Under the pieces are notes generated by a model, which saw nothing but the letters and a program-made list of their open reading frames with translations, was not told the DNA's origin and ran no database searches. Position numbers and translations under genes: made by a program. A DNA stretch of 64,000 nucleotides from the human T2T-CHM13v2.0 reference genome, Homo sapiens. The stretch lies in NCBI RefSeq assembly GCF_009914755.1, contig NC_060937.1; one strand, 5' to 3'. Of this stretch, positions 1 to 13,159 are shown piece after piece (position 1 is the first letter of the stretch; each line of letters opens with the position of its first letter).

Positions 1-232
1 GTAGGGGGATCACTTGAGGCCAGGAGTTCAAGACCCAGTTGGGTAATATAGCAAGATCCTGTTTCTACAAAAAATTTTAAAAATTAGAGAAGCATGGTGG
101 CTCATGCCTGTAGACCCAACTACTTGGGAGTATGAGGCGGGAGCATCACTGAACACCAGGAGTTGAAGGCTGCAGTGAGTTATGATTGAGCCACTGTACT
201 TGAGCCTGGGGGTGACAGGGCAAGACCCATTC
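1..232 (+). mobile_element. AluJ SINE, 5' end cut by window edge
   Basis: GATCACTTGAGGCCAGGAGTTCAAGACC left arm, A-rich linker, right arm GGCTGCAGTGAGTTATGATTGAGCCACTGTAC (J-type); no poly(A) left. Confidence 0.9.
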
Positions 233-1874
233 TTGCTTTAGTTACTGTCTTGTTTCATGTAGTAAATTCTAAGCGACCTGTAAATGCTGAAGTGAAATCA
301 AATGGTAATATTAAAAACACAAACTCTTTGTTTAATAAATGTCTACTGAGTGCTTACTAGGTGCAAGGCATTGTGTTAAGATGCTTTAATGCACACCTAG
401 TATCATTGTGTTTGGCACAGTGGCTCTCCATTCTTTTCTGTTTGCTTGTCAATCTTTCTGTACACTGCTTTACTTACTACTGCCTTATAGTAGCTTTGGT
501 ATGTGATGGAACAAGTTCCTTTTCTTTAATCTCCTTGTCCACTTTTGATCATTTATTCATCTGAATAAAATTCAGATTAAGCCTGTTAATTTTCATGACA
601 AGCTATAATATTCACTGGGAATGTTTTGTAGATCAGTTTAGGGAAAATACAAATTTGTAGATCAGTTTAGGGAAAAATTGATATCTTCATGATATTTTCA
701 TGATATTTTAAGCCTTCTGGTAAATGAATGTGATGTATCTTTCCATTTACTTGAGTATTCCTTTACATTTTTCATTAAAGGTATATAATTTCATACTTTC
801 AAGTAATATACTACTTTAGATTTATTCCCAAGAACCTTACAGATTTAAAAAATTCCATTTATTATTGAATAGATATTTTAATTTGTCATTCACTTTCTAA
901 TTGTTTGTTTCTTGTGTATGGAAATGTCATCGATCTATTTTTTATTAATTGATCCTGTACTCTGCAATTTTACAGAATTCTCTTATTAGTTCTAAAAGTT
1001 TGTAATTTTCAAAATATTTTCTGTGGACAATAAGTTCTACAATTAATGACAGTTTTGAATCGCTCTTTATTTTTCTCTTATTGTTATTTCTTGTCTTATT
1101 GAGTTGGGAAAGACCTCCAGTTAGAAGTTGAACAGTTTTGTAAATAACAGGTGTCTTCATTGTGTTTCTGACTTTAAAGCAGATGCTTCCATCATTGATA
1201 GCAAAGTAGGAGGTTTACTTTATATATATATACTTTTCCTAGTTAAAAGAAGTTTCTTTACTCTTCCTAGTTGGTTAAAACTCTGTATTATAAGAGGATG
1301 TTGAGCTTTTTATCACATAATATGGTATTATTTGAGATTTTTTCTGTATAAATACAGTATTTACATTTATAGGTTTTACATCTATTAAATTATCCTTACA
1401 CTCCTATTTAAAACTTGCTTGACTGCTAATATTATATGTAAGATTTTACCATCTATGCTTATACAAGTGATTGAGCTTATAATTTCACTTTCTCTTGCTG
1501 TTTTTTGTTCAGTTTTGATATTAAAATTTTGCTGGCCTCATGAAAGGAAGTAGAGAACTTTCCTATCTTTTGGTCTCTGCAATAGTTTGAAAAAGAAAAA
1601 GGCTATTTAATTCTTAAAGTTCTGGTAAAATATGCCTATAAGCCTGTCTGGTCTTCATGCTTTGGTGCTTCTTTATGGGCAAGGTGATTTTTTTGTCTGT
1701 TTCTTTCTTTCTTAAATTACTGAGTTACTTTCCCTTTAGGTTTTCTACTTCTTCTTGAGTTAGTTTTGGGAAATTGTAATATTTTTCCAGGAAACTTTCC
1801 ATGATCTTTAAGTTCTTACATATTTACTGGCAAGTTTGTTAATGGTATTCTCTTACAGTTTGCCAAATATTTAC

Positions 1875-2229
1875 TGCTACAATGTGAATGTTTGTGTCCA
1901 AAACTCCTATGTTGAAACCAAATCCACAGTGCTATAGAATAAGAAGTGGGGCCTTTAGGAGGTGATTAGGTCACTAGGGCAGAATCCTCCTGAATGGAAT
2001 TAGTGCTCTTATAAAAGAGATGGAAGGGAGCTTCTTAGCCCTTCTACCATATGAGGGCACAGCAAGAAGATGCCATATGTAAAGCAGAAAGCAGTCTTTA
2101 CCAGACACTAAATCTGCAGGCACCTTGATGCTGGACTTCCCAGTCTCCAGAACTGTAAGCAACAAATTTTTGTTTATAAATTGCCCAGTTTATGGTATTT
2201 TGTCACAGCAGCCTGAATAGACTAAAACA
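1875..2229 (+). mobile_element. MLT1A-type MaLR solo LTR
   Basis: TG...CA termini; GGGGCCTTTAGGAGGTGATTAGGTCA and GGACTTCCCAGTCTCCAGAACTGTAAG motifs; 5-bp TSD TTTAC at 1870-1874 and 2230-2234. Confidence 0.9.
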
Positions 2230-2428
2230 TTTACTATATCTATACTTAGTCTCTCTTCATTTCTAATATTGTTTATTTTGCACACACACTCTCTCTTTCT
2301 TCTACTCTCTTTTACCAAAGACTTATCTATTCAAAGAAAGAGCAATTTTGTTGATACTGTCTTTTCTTTCTCTTCTGTTTAATTAATTTCCTCTTTTACC
2401 ACATTTTATTCCTTTTCCCTCCTCTGAG

Positions 2429-2744
2429 TTTCTTTCTTTCTTTTTTTTTTTTTTTTTTTTTGAGACAGGGTCTCATTCTATCACCCAGGCTGGAGTGCAG
2501 TGGTGCAATTACAGCTCACTGCAGCCTTGACCTCCTTGGGCTCAGATGATCCTCCCACCTCAGCCTCCAGAGTAACTGGGATTACAGGTGTGCATCACCG
2601 TGCCTTGCTAATTTTTGTATGTTTTGTAGAGATGAGCTTTTGCCATGTTGCCCAGGCTGGTCTCAAACTCCAGGGGTTAAGTGATCTGCCCACCTTGGCT
2701 TCCCAAAGTGCTGGGATTACAGGTGTTAGCCAACACACACAGCT
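2429..2744 (-). mobile_element. AluJ SINE
   Basis: Poly-T tail then TGAGACAGGGTCTC...CAGCTCACTGCAGCCTTGACCTCC...CCCAAAGTGCTGGGATTACAGG. Confidence 0.93.
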
Positions 2745-4923
2745 CTTACTCTGTAGTTTTTAAAATAATGTTTTGAGTTAAATGTAGTAATTAATAATTT
2801 ACAAATTTCTGTTCCTGATCTGATATTAAGTCTATACCTTTTCCTGTTTAGCTGCATATGAATACAAATGCTTCCATTGTTTAATTATAAATATTTTATA
2901 TTTCTTATTACAATTCTTCTTTGACCCTTGAATTATCTAGAAGTATTTTTTAGTTTTTAAATATACGAATTAAAAATTTTAATTGATTCCTTATTTTCTT
3001 GGAGACTGTGGTCTATATGATGTCATTTGTTTGGCATTTGTTGAGACCACTTTAATTTACTTCAAAGATATTTTAAAAATTGTTTTGTGTGTAGTTAAAA
3101 TGAATGACATTCTGTATGTGATACACGTTCTTATATTGAGCTTGTTTATTCTATTGTTTGAATCTTTTATATCTTTACTTATTTCCTCCTCATTTGTTTT
3201 GGGAACATTAAAATCTTTCACTATAGTTGTAATGTGTCAGGTTCTCTTTATAACTCATCAATTTATGATTTATATATTTTCAAGTTATCTTCTTAAAAGA
3301 ATATAACCAAGTGTATATAGGGATGGGTATAACAGTAGATCATAAGGATTTGGGGGATGTCAAATACCAGAGATAAAGACAAAGAAGAGCTGGAGAAGAA
3401 AGGCTTTTTTGCAAACTCTAAGCTGAAAGTGGAGACAAAAGAAGTGCCAGGTATGTCTGCCAACTCCGTGGCAGACAGACTCACACCGTGGGCTGTATGC
3501 TGGATAAGGAACGAATGCAGAAGACGGGGTCCAAGATGAAGTCAGCTGGATGTAACTCACAGCTGACTGCTTTGAATTGCTGCCATACCTGTGTGTTTGT
3601 TTGAAAGTGGCTAGACTTGAGGTTGCTACCTGACACTTAGTCCTGGCAGGAAAGAATTCTTTTTTGTGGACTAAAACATATCAGAGCAACTTCTAACATT
3701 TAATTAATCTCCACCCACACTTTTATTTTGGAAGGATGTTTCTGACTCTTGTATACTTCTTTTTCCAATCTAAGAATCACATTTCATATTGCCCCTTTTG
3801 CTTTATGGAGGCATGAATTATTCCAATTGTCTTACTTAACTGGCTTTTATTGTCTGGAGGAAACTTTAGTGAGTTCAATTTACCTGGTAGCCTATTTTGT
3901 TTCTGGTAGACTTCAACACTGAGCAGAAATACTCCTATTACAGCACTTAGTTTATCTGTAGATGAAAACCTTTGCGTTTTAAATAAAACACTCAGCTAGA
4001 GGGGTCAGGTTTGGCTCTGTTTCTCTTCATAGGTGCTTCTAAAAACATTTGCCAAGTCTGAAGTCCTGGACTTAGACATCTTGGAGGAACACTAAGGGTA
4101 GAGATGCTTTTCATTGAATGTGAAAAATAGCATTTTTGCTGAAGACTATTTTGTTCAGTTGCTGCAAAGTAATTTATCTTGGGGAGCAGAGACCAAGTCT
4201 GAGAGTCGGAGACATTCAAGACCAAAAGGAAGCTAGAGCCTTTTGTTTTTTTTTAAAAAAAAAAGACCGTATATTTATAAGCAATCAACAAAAGAGAGTT
4301 TTTGATGAAAATTATTCTTTAACCCTGACAGTGACATTTTCTTCAGTAAAAGACGCAGCTGTCTCATAAACATAAAAAATATATAAACCCTCTTCATTCT
4401 TTCATTACTTTCAGGTCTCTTGATTTTGGGTGAAGAAAGTAAGCAAAGTTTATGGTGAGGTTTTTAGTAAATTACTCAGATGATTCAAGATTCTAACCTT
4501 CCCCAGCTCCATGCAAACATTTATCTCTTTTATTTAGTTTATGCAAATTAAAGGGACCCCTGGGGATGTGTGCTGAATACTCTATATAATTGCACAGTTT
4601 TAAATTTCAGTTTCCTAGTATAGATCTGGTATCTAAGATGGTGTGACATTTTTAGTTTCCAAAAACCTTACAACAGGGTTCACAAATTCTGAAGTTGAGT
4701 CTTAGTGTTTTCCTCTTGGGTCATTTTACACAATTAAATTATACTGCTTCAAGTTCTGCATGATAATTCCCACACCAGATCTCTTCCATGAATATCCACT
4801 CCTTTTTCACATTCAAAAATGTAGAATCAAAATAGCCAAATTAAGCAGCAGATAATCTGAAAATTAATTGTTTCAGGGGAGGAAAGAACAAGAGTCCGAT
4901 TAGCATTCATTTGAAAGAAAACA

Positions 4924-5793
4924 CTTTATTGAGGTATAATTGACATGTGAAAAGCTTGTAGTCCTAGCACTCTGGGAGGCCGAGGTGGGAAGATCACTTG
5001 AGGCCAGGAGTTTAAGACCAGCCTGGGCAACATAGCGAGGCCCCATCTCAAATAATAAAAATTTTTTAAAAAGCTGTATATATTTAATGTGTACAATTCG
5101 ATAAGCCTGGGCATAAGTATACACTCATGAAATCATCCTCACCATCATGGCCATGGACATATTCATCACCTCCCAAAGTCTTCTCCTGTCCCTTTATGTT
5201 TATCATCATTATCTTTTGGTAAGAATGCCTAACATAGGATCTAGCCTCTTAGAAAGTTTTAAGTATATGATACAGCATTGTTAGCCATAGGTACTATGTT
5301 GTATAGTAATCTCCAAACTTATTGCATAACTGAAATTTTGTACGCTCTGACCATCCCTTCCCCATTTCCCCCCACTCTCTGGCTCTTGGCAACCACTACT
5401 TTACTCTCTGCTTCTGTAAGTTTGAATATTTCACATTCCACATAAAAGTGAGATCATACAGTATTTGTCTGTGTTTGGCTATGTCATTTATCATAATGTC
5501 CTTTAGGTCTATCCATGTTGTCCCAAGGGCAGAATTACTTTTTTTTTTTTTTTTTTTTTAGGCTGAATACCATTCCATTATATGTATATATCACATTTTC
5601 TTTATCCACTCATTTGTCAGTAGATATTTAGGTTGATTCCATATTTTGGCTATTGTGACTAATGCTGCAATGAGAATGAGAGTGCTAATAGCTCTTCAAG
5701 ATTCTGATTTCAATTCCTTTGGATAAATATCCAGAAGTGGGATTGCTGGATCATATAGTAGTTCTATTTTTCATTTTTTGAAGAACCTCCATA
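4924..5793 (-). mobile_element. L1MA9/10-like LINE 3' end
   Basis: CTTTATTGAGGTATAATTGAC start; GGCAACCACTACTTTACTCTCTGCTTCT; CCAGAAGTGGGATTGCTGGATCATATAGTAGTTCTATTT. Confidence 0.85.
4954..5070 (+). mobile_element. FLAM / free left Alu monomer nested in L1MA
   Basis: Single Alu arm (CTGGGAGGCCGAGGTGGGAAGATCACTTGAGGCCAGGAG) with A-rich tail, flanked by AAAAGCT repeats. Confidence 0.85.
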
Positions 5794-6250
5794 TGAAGCA
5801 GGATATTTCCCTGACCCGTTTGTGGGACTCAGAAAGGGAGTGCCTTGTCTACTCAGCCTGCCCGCTTTCAGCTCCTCAAGGAAGGGAGCATGCAAGCAAA
5901 TGAGGAGGGAACTGGAGTGCACAAGTGCTGGAACTGGCTGACCGTTTCGGTACTGGCGGGAACAAGCTCCACTCACTGGGATCAGCTGCAATCCACCCCT
6001 CGCAGGGCTGGATTCTTCTCTGAAGTTACACCGTCAAGCTGTCCCTCTGAAGTCAAGCTACTTCTCTCTGATGTCCAGCTGCAGTCGTTCCATTGTCCAG
6101 CTGCTTCTCTCTGCTGGCTGAGTCTGGGGTCTTTATAAGCATAGGATGGGGTCGGGTGGGGCCATGGGTGGTTTAGGAAAAGGCAACATTCAAGCAGGAA
6201 AACAGGGACGTACATTCTCACTTTAGGCTGCGGGTTTCAGGCTTTTTGCT
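5794..6250 (-). mobile_element. ERV1 LTR fragment (LTR1/LTR27/LTR28/MER52 group)
   Basis: Begins TGAAGCAGGATATTTCCCTGACCC (reverse of LTR 3' end); reverse TATA in GTCTTTATAAGC; GGAAAAGGCAACATTCAAGCAGGAAAACAGG. Confidence 0.7.
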
Positions 6251-6254
6251 CTTG

Positions 6255-6400
6255 GCCCAGTCCTTTAAAAAACTTTTTGCACTTTGGTTTCCTCATCTAT
6301 AAGATGGACAGAAACACCCACTTCATAGGTTTGCTGTAGTTATTAAGAGGATAATAACTATAGAAGTGGAGAATGGTAGGTGGCAGCTATTACTGAATTA
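6255..6400 (+). mobile_element. MIR SINE fragment
   Basis: MIR core GTTTCCTCATCTATAAGATGG. Confidence 0.6.
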
Positions 6401-7049
6401 ACGAGTCAGATGTTTTGCTATGAGAAGGTCCTGTTTTTTTTTAACATGCTATAGACTTTCAATAAATGAAAATTTTTATTATTTCCTAAGAAATGCACAC
6501 TGATAGTAAAAAAAAATGTAGGAACTCAAACAAATAAAACACCTTTAATTCTATAACTGAGAGAGAACTTAACTGAGATTTTTGTCTATTCTCTATATTT
6601 TTCTATGTATACACATATTATTTAAAATGGAATGCTGTACATTGTTGTTCTGTAAGTGCCTTTTTATTCAGTAATGTTTACATTTTCTATTTTGCCATAG
6701 TGTTGCTATTATGCTTGCAAATGGATGCTTATGCCCACAGATGCTTGAAACCATTAGAAATAAACCAGGTCCTTGGCATAGGGTTTTGAATGACTCAAGG
6801 ATTTGCTGTTGTATAGATGATAATTTGCTGTTTCTTTGTGGATAAGGCTTATTCTTCTTATGTTACACAGAGTGGAATAAGGACAATGATGCAAAAAAGA
6901 GCCATTCTCGGAGGGAGTCAGTCAGGGGCAAGCTCAGCGTGTCAGGAGACACCAGGGAGGCCCAGGTGGGAACCTCTCATGCTTGCACTGCGAAGGGGAG
7001 CCAATGCCAAATGGAGTCCTGGGGCCAGGACAGAAGTGAACCCTAGACT

Positions 7050-7631
7050 TGTGAGAGCTGAATATACAAATGGATGACGGCTGGACCCCACATAAAAATA
7101 GAACTCTGACCCACAGCCTGCAGCAACCTGCCTAAAAAACCAATCCTCTTATCTACAATGAAAAGCCCAGGTAGCCAGCCTGCTAGAAGTCAGACTTGCA
7201 GGAAACCAGATTGTTATCTTTAGTCATGATCCAAGAAGCTAAACAATAACTTCTATAACAATCAGCCCCGAATGGCCAGGATGTGATTAATAATTGGCAG
7301 CTTCCCTAATTTTTATCCTGACTTCCAACTTGGACCAATCAGAGAAAGCTAACTATGCCCCCTAACCAATCCCATAGAATGCCAGGCTTCTGGTTAGCTC
7401 ACCTACAGCTTCCTCAGGCACAGCCCCAGGTATGGCCTGATTGGAGCCTGTCAGCATAAGGAAGTGGGAATGGACTCTCCCTTTTCTCCACTCTAAATCT
7501 TTCTCACTCTCCTGCCCTCTTTTGAGTCTCTGCCAAAATGTAAATGATGGCAGCTGACTCCCTTGTTATGGCAAGCTCTGAATAAACAGCCTTTGCTTTT
7601 CTCATCTGGTTGGTCTTAATTTATGTCCATA
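7050..7631 (+). mobile_element. ERV1 solo LTR (MER90/MER110-like)
   Basis: ATAGAACTCTGACCCACAGCCTGCAGCAACC; two CCAATC boxes; GAGTCTCTGCCAAA; CTCTGAATAAACAGCC poly(A) signal. Confidence 0.75.
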
Positions 7632-8624
7632 CTTGCTTGAAGCCCAGGTAGAATGGCTCATGTGTAGCCATTGTCAGACAGGGCCCTTTGTTTTTAATGG
7701 AACTTGACTTGGTCTCTTTGTGAGGTGCAGGCACTGGACGGCAAGGATCATAACTTACTCATCTCAGTAATCTAAGTGTCCAGCACTTGCCTTGCTCATA
7801 ATAAAGATTGTTGAAATAAGCTGGAAAGAAGTCTTATGCACAAAGTTTAGGCCTTTTCTTGTCCAATATGGAACCAGGAAAGCCCAATGTGACTAGTGTG
7901 TCTTGTTTCAATAGAAGGAAATGTCACCACGAATTCCAGTGTAAATGCAAAACAAACTGGAATTGACTTGGGGGTAGGGGAGCTTAGCAGTCTGCATTTC
8001 GCTAACTCTCTAGAGAACCCCTTTAAAATCTTTTTGGCAAAACTTTCCCTTTTTTTGTTTAACACCTCCCTCTAATCTAAACCCATGTGGATTTTGAGGG
8101 AAATTTAATTAAAAATGATTTTTTTCTTTTGCTAAATAGAAGCAGGTACTATTCAGACAGTGAAGGAAATCATGACTGGGTTGTTTTTGCTTGTTTGTCA
8201 TCCTGTTTCCCAGGAAGATAATGGAAATGATATGTGGCCAGTTAATCATCAGTGAGGTGGAGTTTCCATGAGGCTTCTGCAGGGTTGTAACTACACCAGA
8301 ACCTTCACCAGAAGCCCCACTCCTCAATTACGGGCTATTTCAGTTCTAGGTTCCTCACTGCGGAACAGAAATATCTGCCCAGAGTTAGCATTAGGACCTA
8401 GCAAACTACACCTGGTCCATAGATTGCCCTGACCTAGTGTGTTCTTTCAGAGGATTGTCCACATTCAAACACTGAAGCAATTTTATTTTGTAGCTAAGAC
8501 TTCTTAATGTGTGGGAACAAAGTTCAAAGGTGGGTAGCTCTGGAGGAATTCGTTCTCAGAACTCCCATGCAGATTGCAGAGCTGTAATGGTATTATTTAT
8601 TGTGCCAAGCATCTTTTCAGAACC

Positions 8625-8726
8625 TGCCACTAGACTGTAAGCTCCACAAGGGCAGGGACTGTGCTGTTTTATTTATTTCTGTGTTTCCTGCACCCGGCAT
8701 AGAGTAGCACAATAGAATTTTGTTCA
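8625..8726 (+). mobile_element. L2 3'-end fragment
   Basis: CCACTAGACTGTAAGCTCCACAAGGGCAGGGACTGTG, typical of the L2 3' tail. Confidence 0.75.
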
Positions 8727-9033
8727 GGTTGGGCGCAGTGGCTCATGCCTATAATCTCAACACTTTGGGAGGCTGAGGCTGGAGGATCTTGAGCCCAGGA
8801 GTTCAAGACCAGCCTGGGCAACATAGTGAGACCATGTCTCTACTAAAACAAAAAAAAAGTAATTGAGTGCAGTGGTGCATGCCTGTAGTTACAGCTACTT
8901 GGGAGGCTGAGGTGAAAGGATCACTTGAGCCCGGGTGTTCAAGCTTGCAGTTAGCTATGATCATACCATTGTACTCCAGCCTGGGCAACAGAGCAAAACC
9001 TCATCGCAAAAAAAAAAAAAAAAAAAAAAAAAA
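8727..9033 (+). mobile_element. AluJ SINE, full length
   Basis: Dimeric Alu with long poly(A); TSD AGA(A/G)TTTTGTTCA at 8714-8726 and 9033-9045. Confidence 0.95.
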
Positions 9034-9659
9034 GAGTTTTGTTCAATGTGTGGTGGGAACTTGGAATTCAGAGTCACATGATGGAAGGTACAAACACAGC
9101 ATTATAGTAATGAGACTGAAAGCAAGACTGTATTGTGAAATACATAAAAACATCAATACTACAGCAACTGTCCTTGCAGGGAGAAAGCTATTTTGACTAG
9201 GTATTTATTAACAAATAGATGATTTTCTACTATCCTCTCTAATAGAGCCCTTGATGAGCCAGGAAGTCCTGCCCAATGAGTAATCTGATTGTCTCATTGG
9301 AAGAGAAGTTACCCTATATTGGCTTGTGAATAGGGCATATAGTAAAGCCACATAATGAACTCAGACCCCCAGTGGGAGGAAAATGATCCCATGTCCCCTG
9401 ATGGATGGAAGGGGAAGAATAATGCTTTTTCTTAAATTTTGCTGCCTGATTACTATACAGGGGAAGTTCACTCAACTTGGTTGTAACCTACCCTCCTGAG
9501 AAGCCTAATGTACACAGCTCCACCAACTATGTGCCATCTATTTGTACAACCAAACCCTTGCTATATTTGTCACCTTAGTTTTCCCATATGCCTTCCAGGT
9601 GTCTTGGTGGGTGGTGGGGAGAAGGGATTACAAAGATGTGTCTTTTAGTCAAGAACTTA

Positions 9660-10692
9660 TGTGATGGGCATGAGGGGTTGTCATTCAACATCCATTTCAA
9701 CCTTCTTCTGCTGGGCCTTTCTATAATGCAGAGGTTTAAAAGCTAAAAACTGGATTTCCCGGAGTCCTCTGCAGTCAGAGTTGTGGATGTGGTTTAGATG
9801 CATTCTTATTTGGAAGGCAAAGGGAAGCAGAGGCATTGCTTCCCGTATTGTGCTGTGGTCGCATTGCTATGAAGAAATACCTGAGACTGGGTAATTTATA
9901 AAGAAAAGAGGTTTAATTGACTCACTGCAATAAAGTTCTGCAAACTTTATAGGAGGCATGGTGCTTTCATCTGCTCAGCTTCTGGGGAGGCCTCAGGGAT
10001 CTTACAATCATAGCAGAAGGCAAAGCTGGAGCAGGCATGTCACATGGTGAAGCAGCAGCAAGCCAAGGGAGTGGGGAAGATGCCACACACTTTTAAGTGG
10101 TCAGAACTGTGAACTCAGAGCGAGTGCTCACTTATCACCGGGAGGATGGCCCAAGCCATTCATGAGGGATCTGCCCCCATGTTGCAAACACCTCTCACTA
10201 GGCCCCACCTCCAACATCGGTGGTTAGAATTCCACATGAGATTTGGGTGGGAACAAATATTCAAACTGCATCACTTCCCCTGGCAAGGATGGTTGAGGAA
10301 GCATGTGGTTTCTCTGTAGCAGTATTAGCAAAGGCCCCACTGCCTGGCCATTAGCCATGTGTGTGGACTGGGAATGGATGTGGGAAGGCAGGGAGCAGGG
10401 CACCCTTGTTGCTGGCACAGATCATCTCACAACTGGTGGAGTCCTGGAGCCGGCAGCCACAATCGGGGCTTGCCCAAGCCTATTATCATGGCAGTGGGTG
10501 TGTTTGTAGCTCAGCTTCCCAATCAGCAGGCAGCAACTTTGGAGGCCTGGTTCTGTTGTGTGACTTGTAAGTTGTTTCCAGAAGAACCTAGAGTTTGTTT
10601 CTTTAGCCCTCCCAATGTTCTATAAGCCATTTAGTATATTGTAATAAATCCCTTTCTGCTTAAGTTAGCCAGATTGAATTCTTTTCTTTGCA
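9660..10692 (+). mobile_element. LTR33-like ERVL solo LTR, split by an MST insertion
   Basis: AAGCTAAAAACTGGATTTCCCGGAGTCCTCTGCAG; 3' AATAAATCCCTTTCTGCTTAAGTTAGCCAGA. Confidence 0.7.
9844..10273 (-). mobile_element. MSTA/MSTB MaLR solo LTR
   Basis: GAAATACCTGAGACTGGGTAATTTATAAAGAAAAGAGGTTTAATTG; GGCCCCACCTCCAACA; 5-bp TSD CTTCC at 9839-9843 and 10274-10278. Confidence 0.92.
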
Positions 10693-11129
10693 GTAAAACC
10701 CTGACCCCCACAGCTTGCCAATGTGGGGCTGAATCAAACTTTCTGAGTTAGGTATTAGAGGGTTTCCCTCCCCAGTTACTATTGCCTTGGTTTTAGACAA
10801 TTATTTGCAAAACTGCTGATGTGTTACTTTTGATTCCTGAATTCCAGCTATTGTGTTTTTTCCACTATAGTCTAGTAAGTGGTAAGCAATTAGAAATTCA
10901 CGATTTTGCATTTTATTATGTTTAATAACATGTTGAACCTGTAACATATTAAATTCTATGTTCAGAAAACTGTTGAGCCTGCTAACTTATCCATCAGGGC
11001 CTGGGTTTAGGATGGTCTTGTCTGTTGTGTTAATAAGCCATTGCTCCTGGGTATCTCAGTGATCTCCGGATGACATGTAATATAAAATTGACGGCAATAA
11101 TTGTTATAATAAAGCATTATATTTGTACC

Positions 11130-11290
11130 CTCTTTTATGGTGTTTGAAAACATGATCTCTTATGTCAGAGGTAAGGGAAAGTGTTATAGAGGAGAAAATT
11201 GAGATTCAGAGACATACGATAATTTGTTGAAAGTCATGAAGTTAGTTAATAAATAGCAGAGCCAGATCAGAAAATCTTATCTTTGACAAC
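11130..11290 (-). mobile_element. MIR fragment
   Basis: TTATAGAGGAGAAAATTGAGATTCAGAGA...AATAGCAGAGCCAGA. Confidence 0.55.
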
Positions 11291-12384
11291 AAGAAAAGCA
11301 ACTGAATGATGTAACACATTTCTTCTACTAACCAGCCAACAATAGGCTAAGATATTTAGTGGAGCCAGCTCTCCTTTTAAAAACCTCTGCTGAAGAAGGT
11401 TCATCAGATGGTGCAAAAAAATAAGCAGTGCCTTTGGAGTTACAAATTTCTTTGCAAAGGCTGGTGGTGTTGACAGGAGAGGAGTTGTGGGGTGAAGGCA
11501 GAGAAACAGGATTCAAGCTGAAGCGATTCCTTGCAACATCTGTTAGTGCTGAGGCAAGCTTGGGTTACTGCTTTATTCCACAAAACAAGGATGTGAAAAG
11601 CAGCCCTAGGAAAAGACATTAGGATGGGCTGAGGCAGTGGAGGAGGATGGCATAGGGTTACTTGTGGGAAGGAGAGCAGATGACCTGCTGGGCCGAACAT
11701 TTCAGTTAACACTTTTCTGGGTTATTGTTCTTGCTATTAAAATCTATTACTAAAGAGTCCTTCAAAAGAATGGTTATGGGTTTGAAACAGAAAGAGAATG
11801 AAGCACTCTTTTCCACCAGATATCTCTTTGGTCCTTATAGCTAAGACTTTCCTGGACTTAGTTTTCCCTTTTTTGGTACATAAGGAGGTTTCCTTTTGCT
11901 GTGGAAGGATTTACATGTAGCCAAATGTTTCATGGGCCTATCTGTAATGTGCTTTAAAGCCTTTTCTGAAAGTGAAATTTATTTAAAGGAAAAGCTGTTT
12001 CCTACTAGTTGGAACGACATCTAGAAGTATGATTCATGCAGCTGGTCCCAAGCGCCTCGAGAGTAGACTTGCCACAGAGCAAGCCTAAAGATGTTAACCT
12101 TTATAATGCCATGATTTGTCTTCTGTGGCCCTGCCACCAGGAACCTAAGTATTTCCAGTGCCTTCTGTTGTTTTGCAAAGCAACTGATTGATAATAGTAA
12201 CTAAGGCCTGTTGGAGTGCTGCAAACTATCATCATAGGAGGGAAATTGATGGTTGGAAGAGTGAGGTGGTTAAGGCTCCCTGTTCCAGGGGCTGGCCTCA
12301 GAAACCAATGACTGGTCCGTGTATGGAATCAGGTCTGGAAAGGAGCCGTGGCCATATCCTCACATCATAAAAATTTGGACGGGC

Positions 12385-12605
12385 TTTGCACACGGACAGA
12401 CCTGGGTTTGAGTCACTTCACTAGCTTTTTGATACTGGGCAAATTATTTAATGTTTGTCTCAGCCTAGATTTCCTCATTTGTATAATAAGGATGATACCA
12501 TCAAAGGGCTGTTGTGAACACTAGAAAAAATTATTTTAAGGCTTGAACAATAATGCCTGGCACATGGTAGATGCTCAACAAATGGCAAACGACTGTTGTG
12601 ATTAT
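12385..12605 (+). mobile_element. MIR SINE
   Basis: CAGACCTGGGTTTGAGTC; TTTCCTCATTTGTATAATAAGGATGATA; ATGCCTGGCACATGGTAGATGCTCAACAAATG. Confidence 0.8.
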
Positions 12606-12894
12606 GCTCATGCTTGTTTGCTCGTCATTTTCTTAACCAGTGCTAAGTTTTTCTTGAGGGGCCCCTTCTATTCACCTCTTTTCTTCCCTCTGTCTCTATT
12701 TCTGTTATGAGCATGAAGTTTACATGCAGTGTTTCTATTTCTGTATCTCAAAACCCTTGTATGAAAAAAAATTATCCTCAAAATAGCCTTGCAAAATAGG
12801 CAGTCAGCAGGGTTAGTGTCCTTATTTCAGAAGTGGGAATAATGAGGCTAAGAGAAAAAAAGAGTTAGAGAAAGACTAAATAAAATAGAAGCCC

Positions 12895-13035
12895 TAATCT
12901 GGGGTTATGGGCTTTAAATCCCTGAAAACGAATGCAAAAAAAATTTTTGGTGCATTTTGATTGCAAGAAGGTCTATAGCGTTCATCAGATTCTCAGAGGT
13001 CTCGGGATCCCTCCAAAAAGGTTAAGAAGCACTGT
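12895..13035. mobile_element. hAT-Charlie DNA transposon fragment
   Basis: TTCATCAGATTCTCAGAGG...CCAAAAAGGTTAAGAAGCACTG, a Charlie-type terminus. Confidence 0.55.
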
Positions 13036-13159
13036 GGATAAAGACCTTCTAGACTAGAGAGCTATCTGAAGGGAGTTCATGGTTTCTGCGTTCCTGTAGG
13101 CAGAATAGTAGTAGTGCACTTTGCTGGTGTATCATTTCCATCAGTATCGCCTCTGGGCC

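Larger units (their letters stand above)
430..3295 (-). mobile_element. Old L1M (L1ME-like) ORF2 remnant, interrupted by an MLT1A LTR and an AluJ
   Basis: T-rich degenerate antisense-L1 motifs (GTAGATCAGTTTAGGGAAAAATTGATATCTT; AGACCTCCAGT...TTGAACAG; TTGCTGGCCTCATGAAA). Confidence 0.7.
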
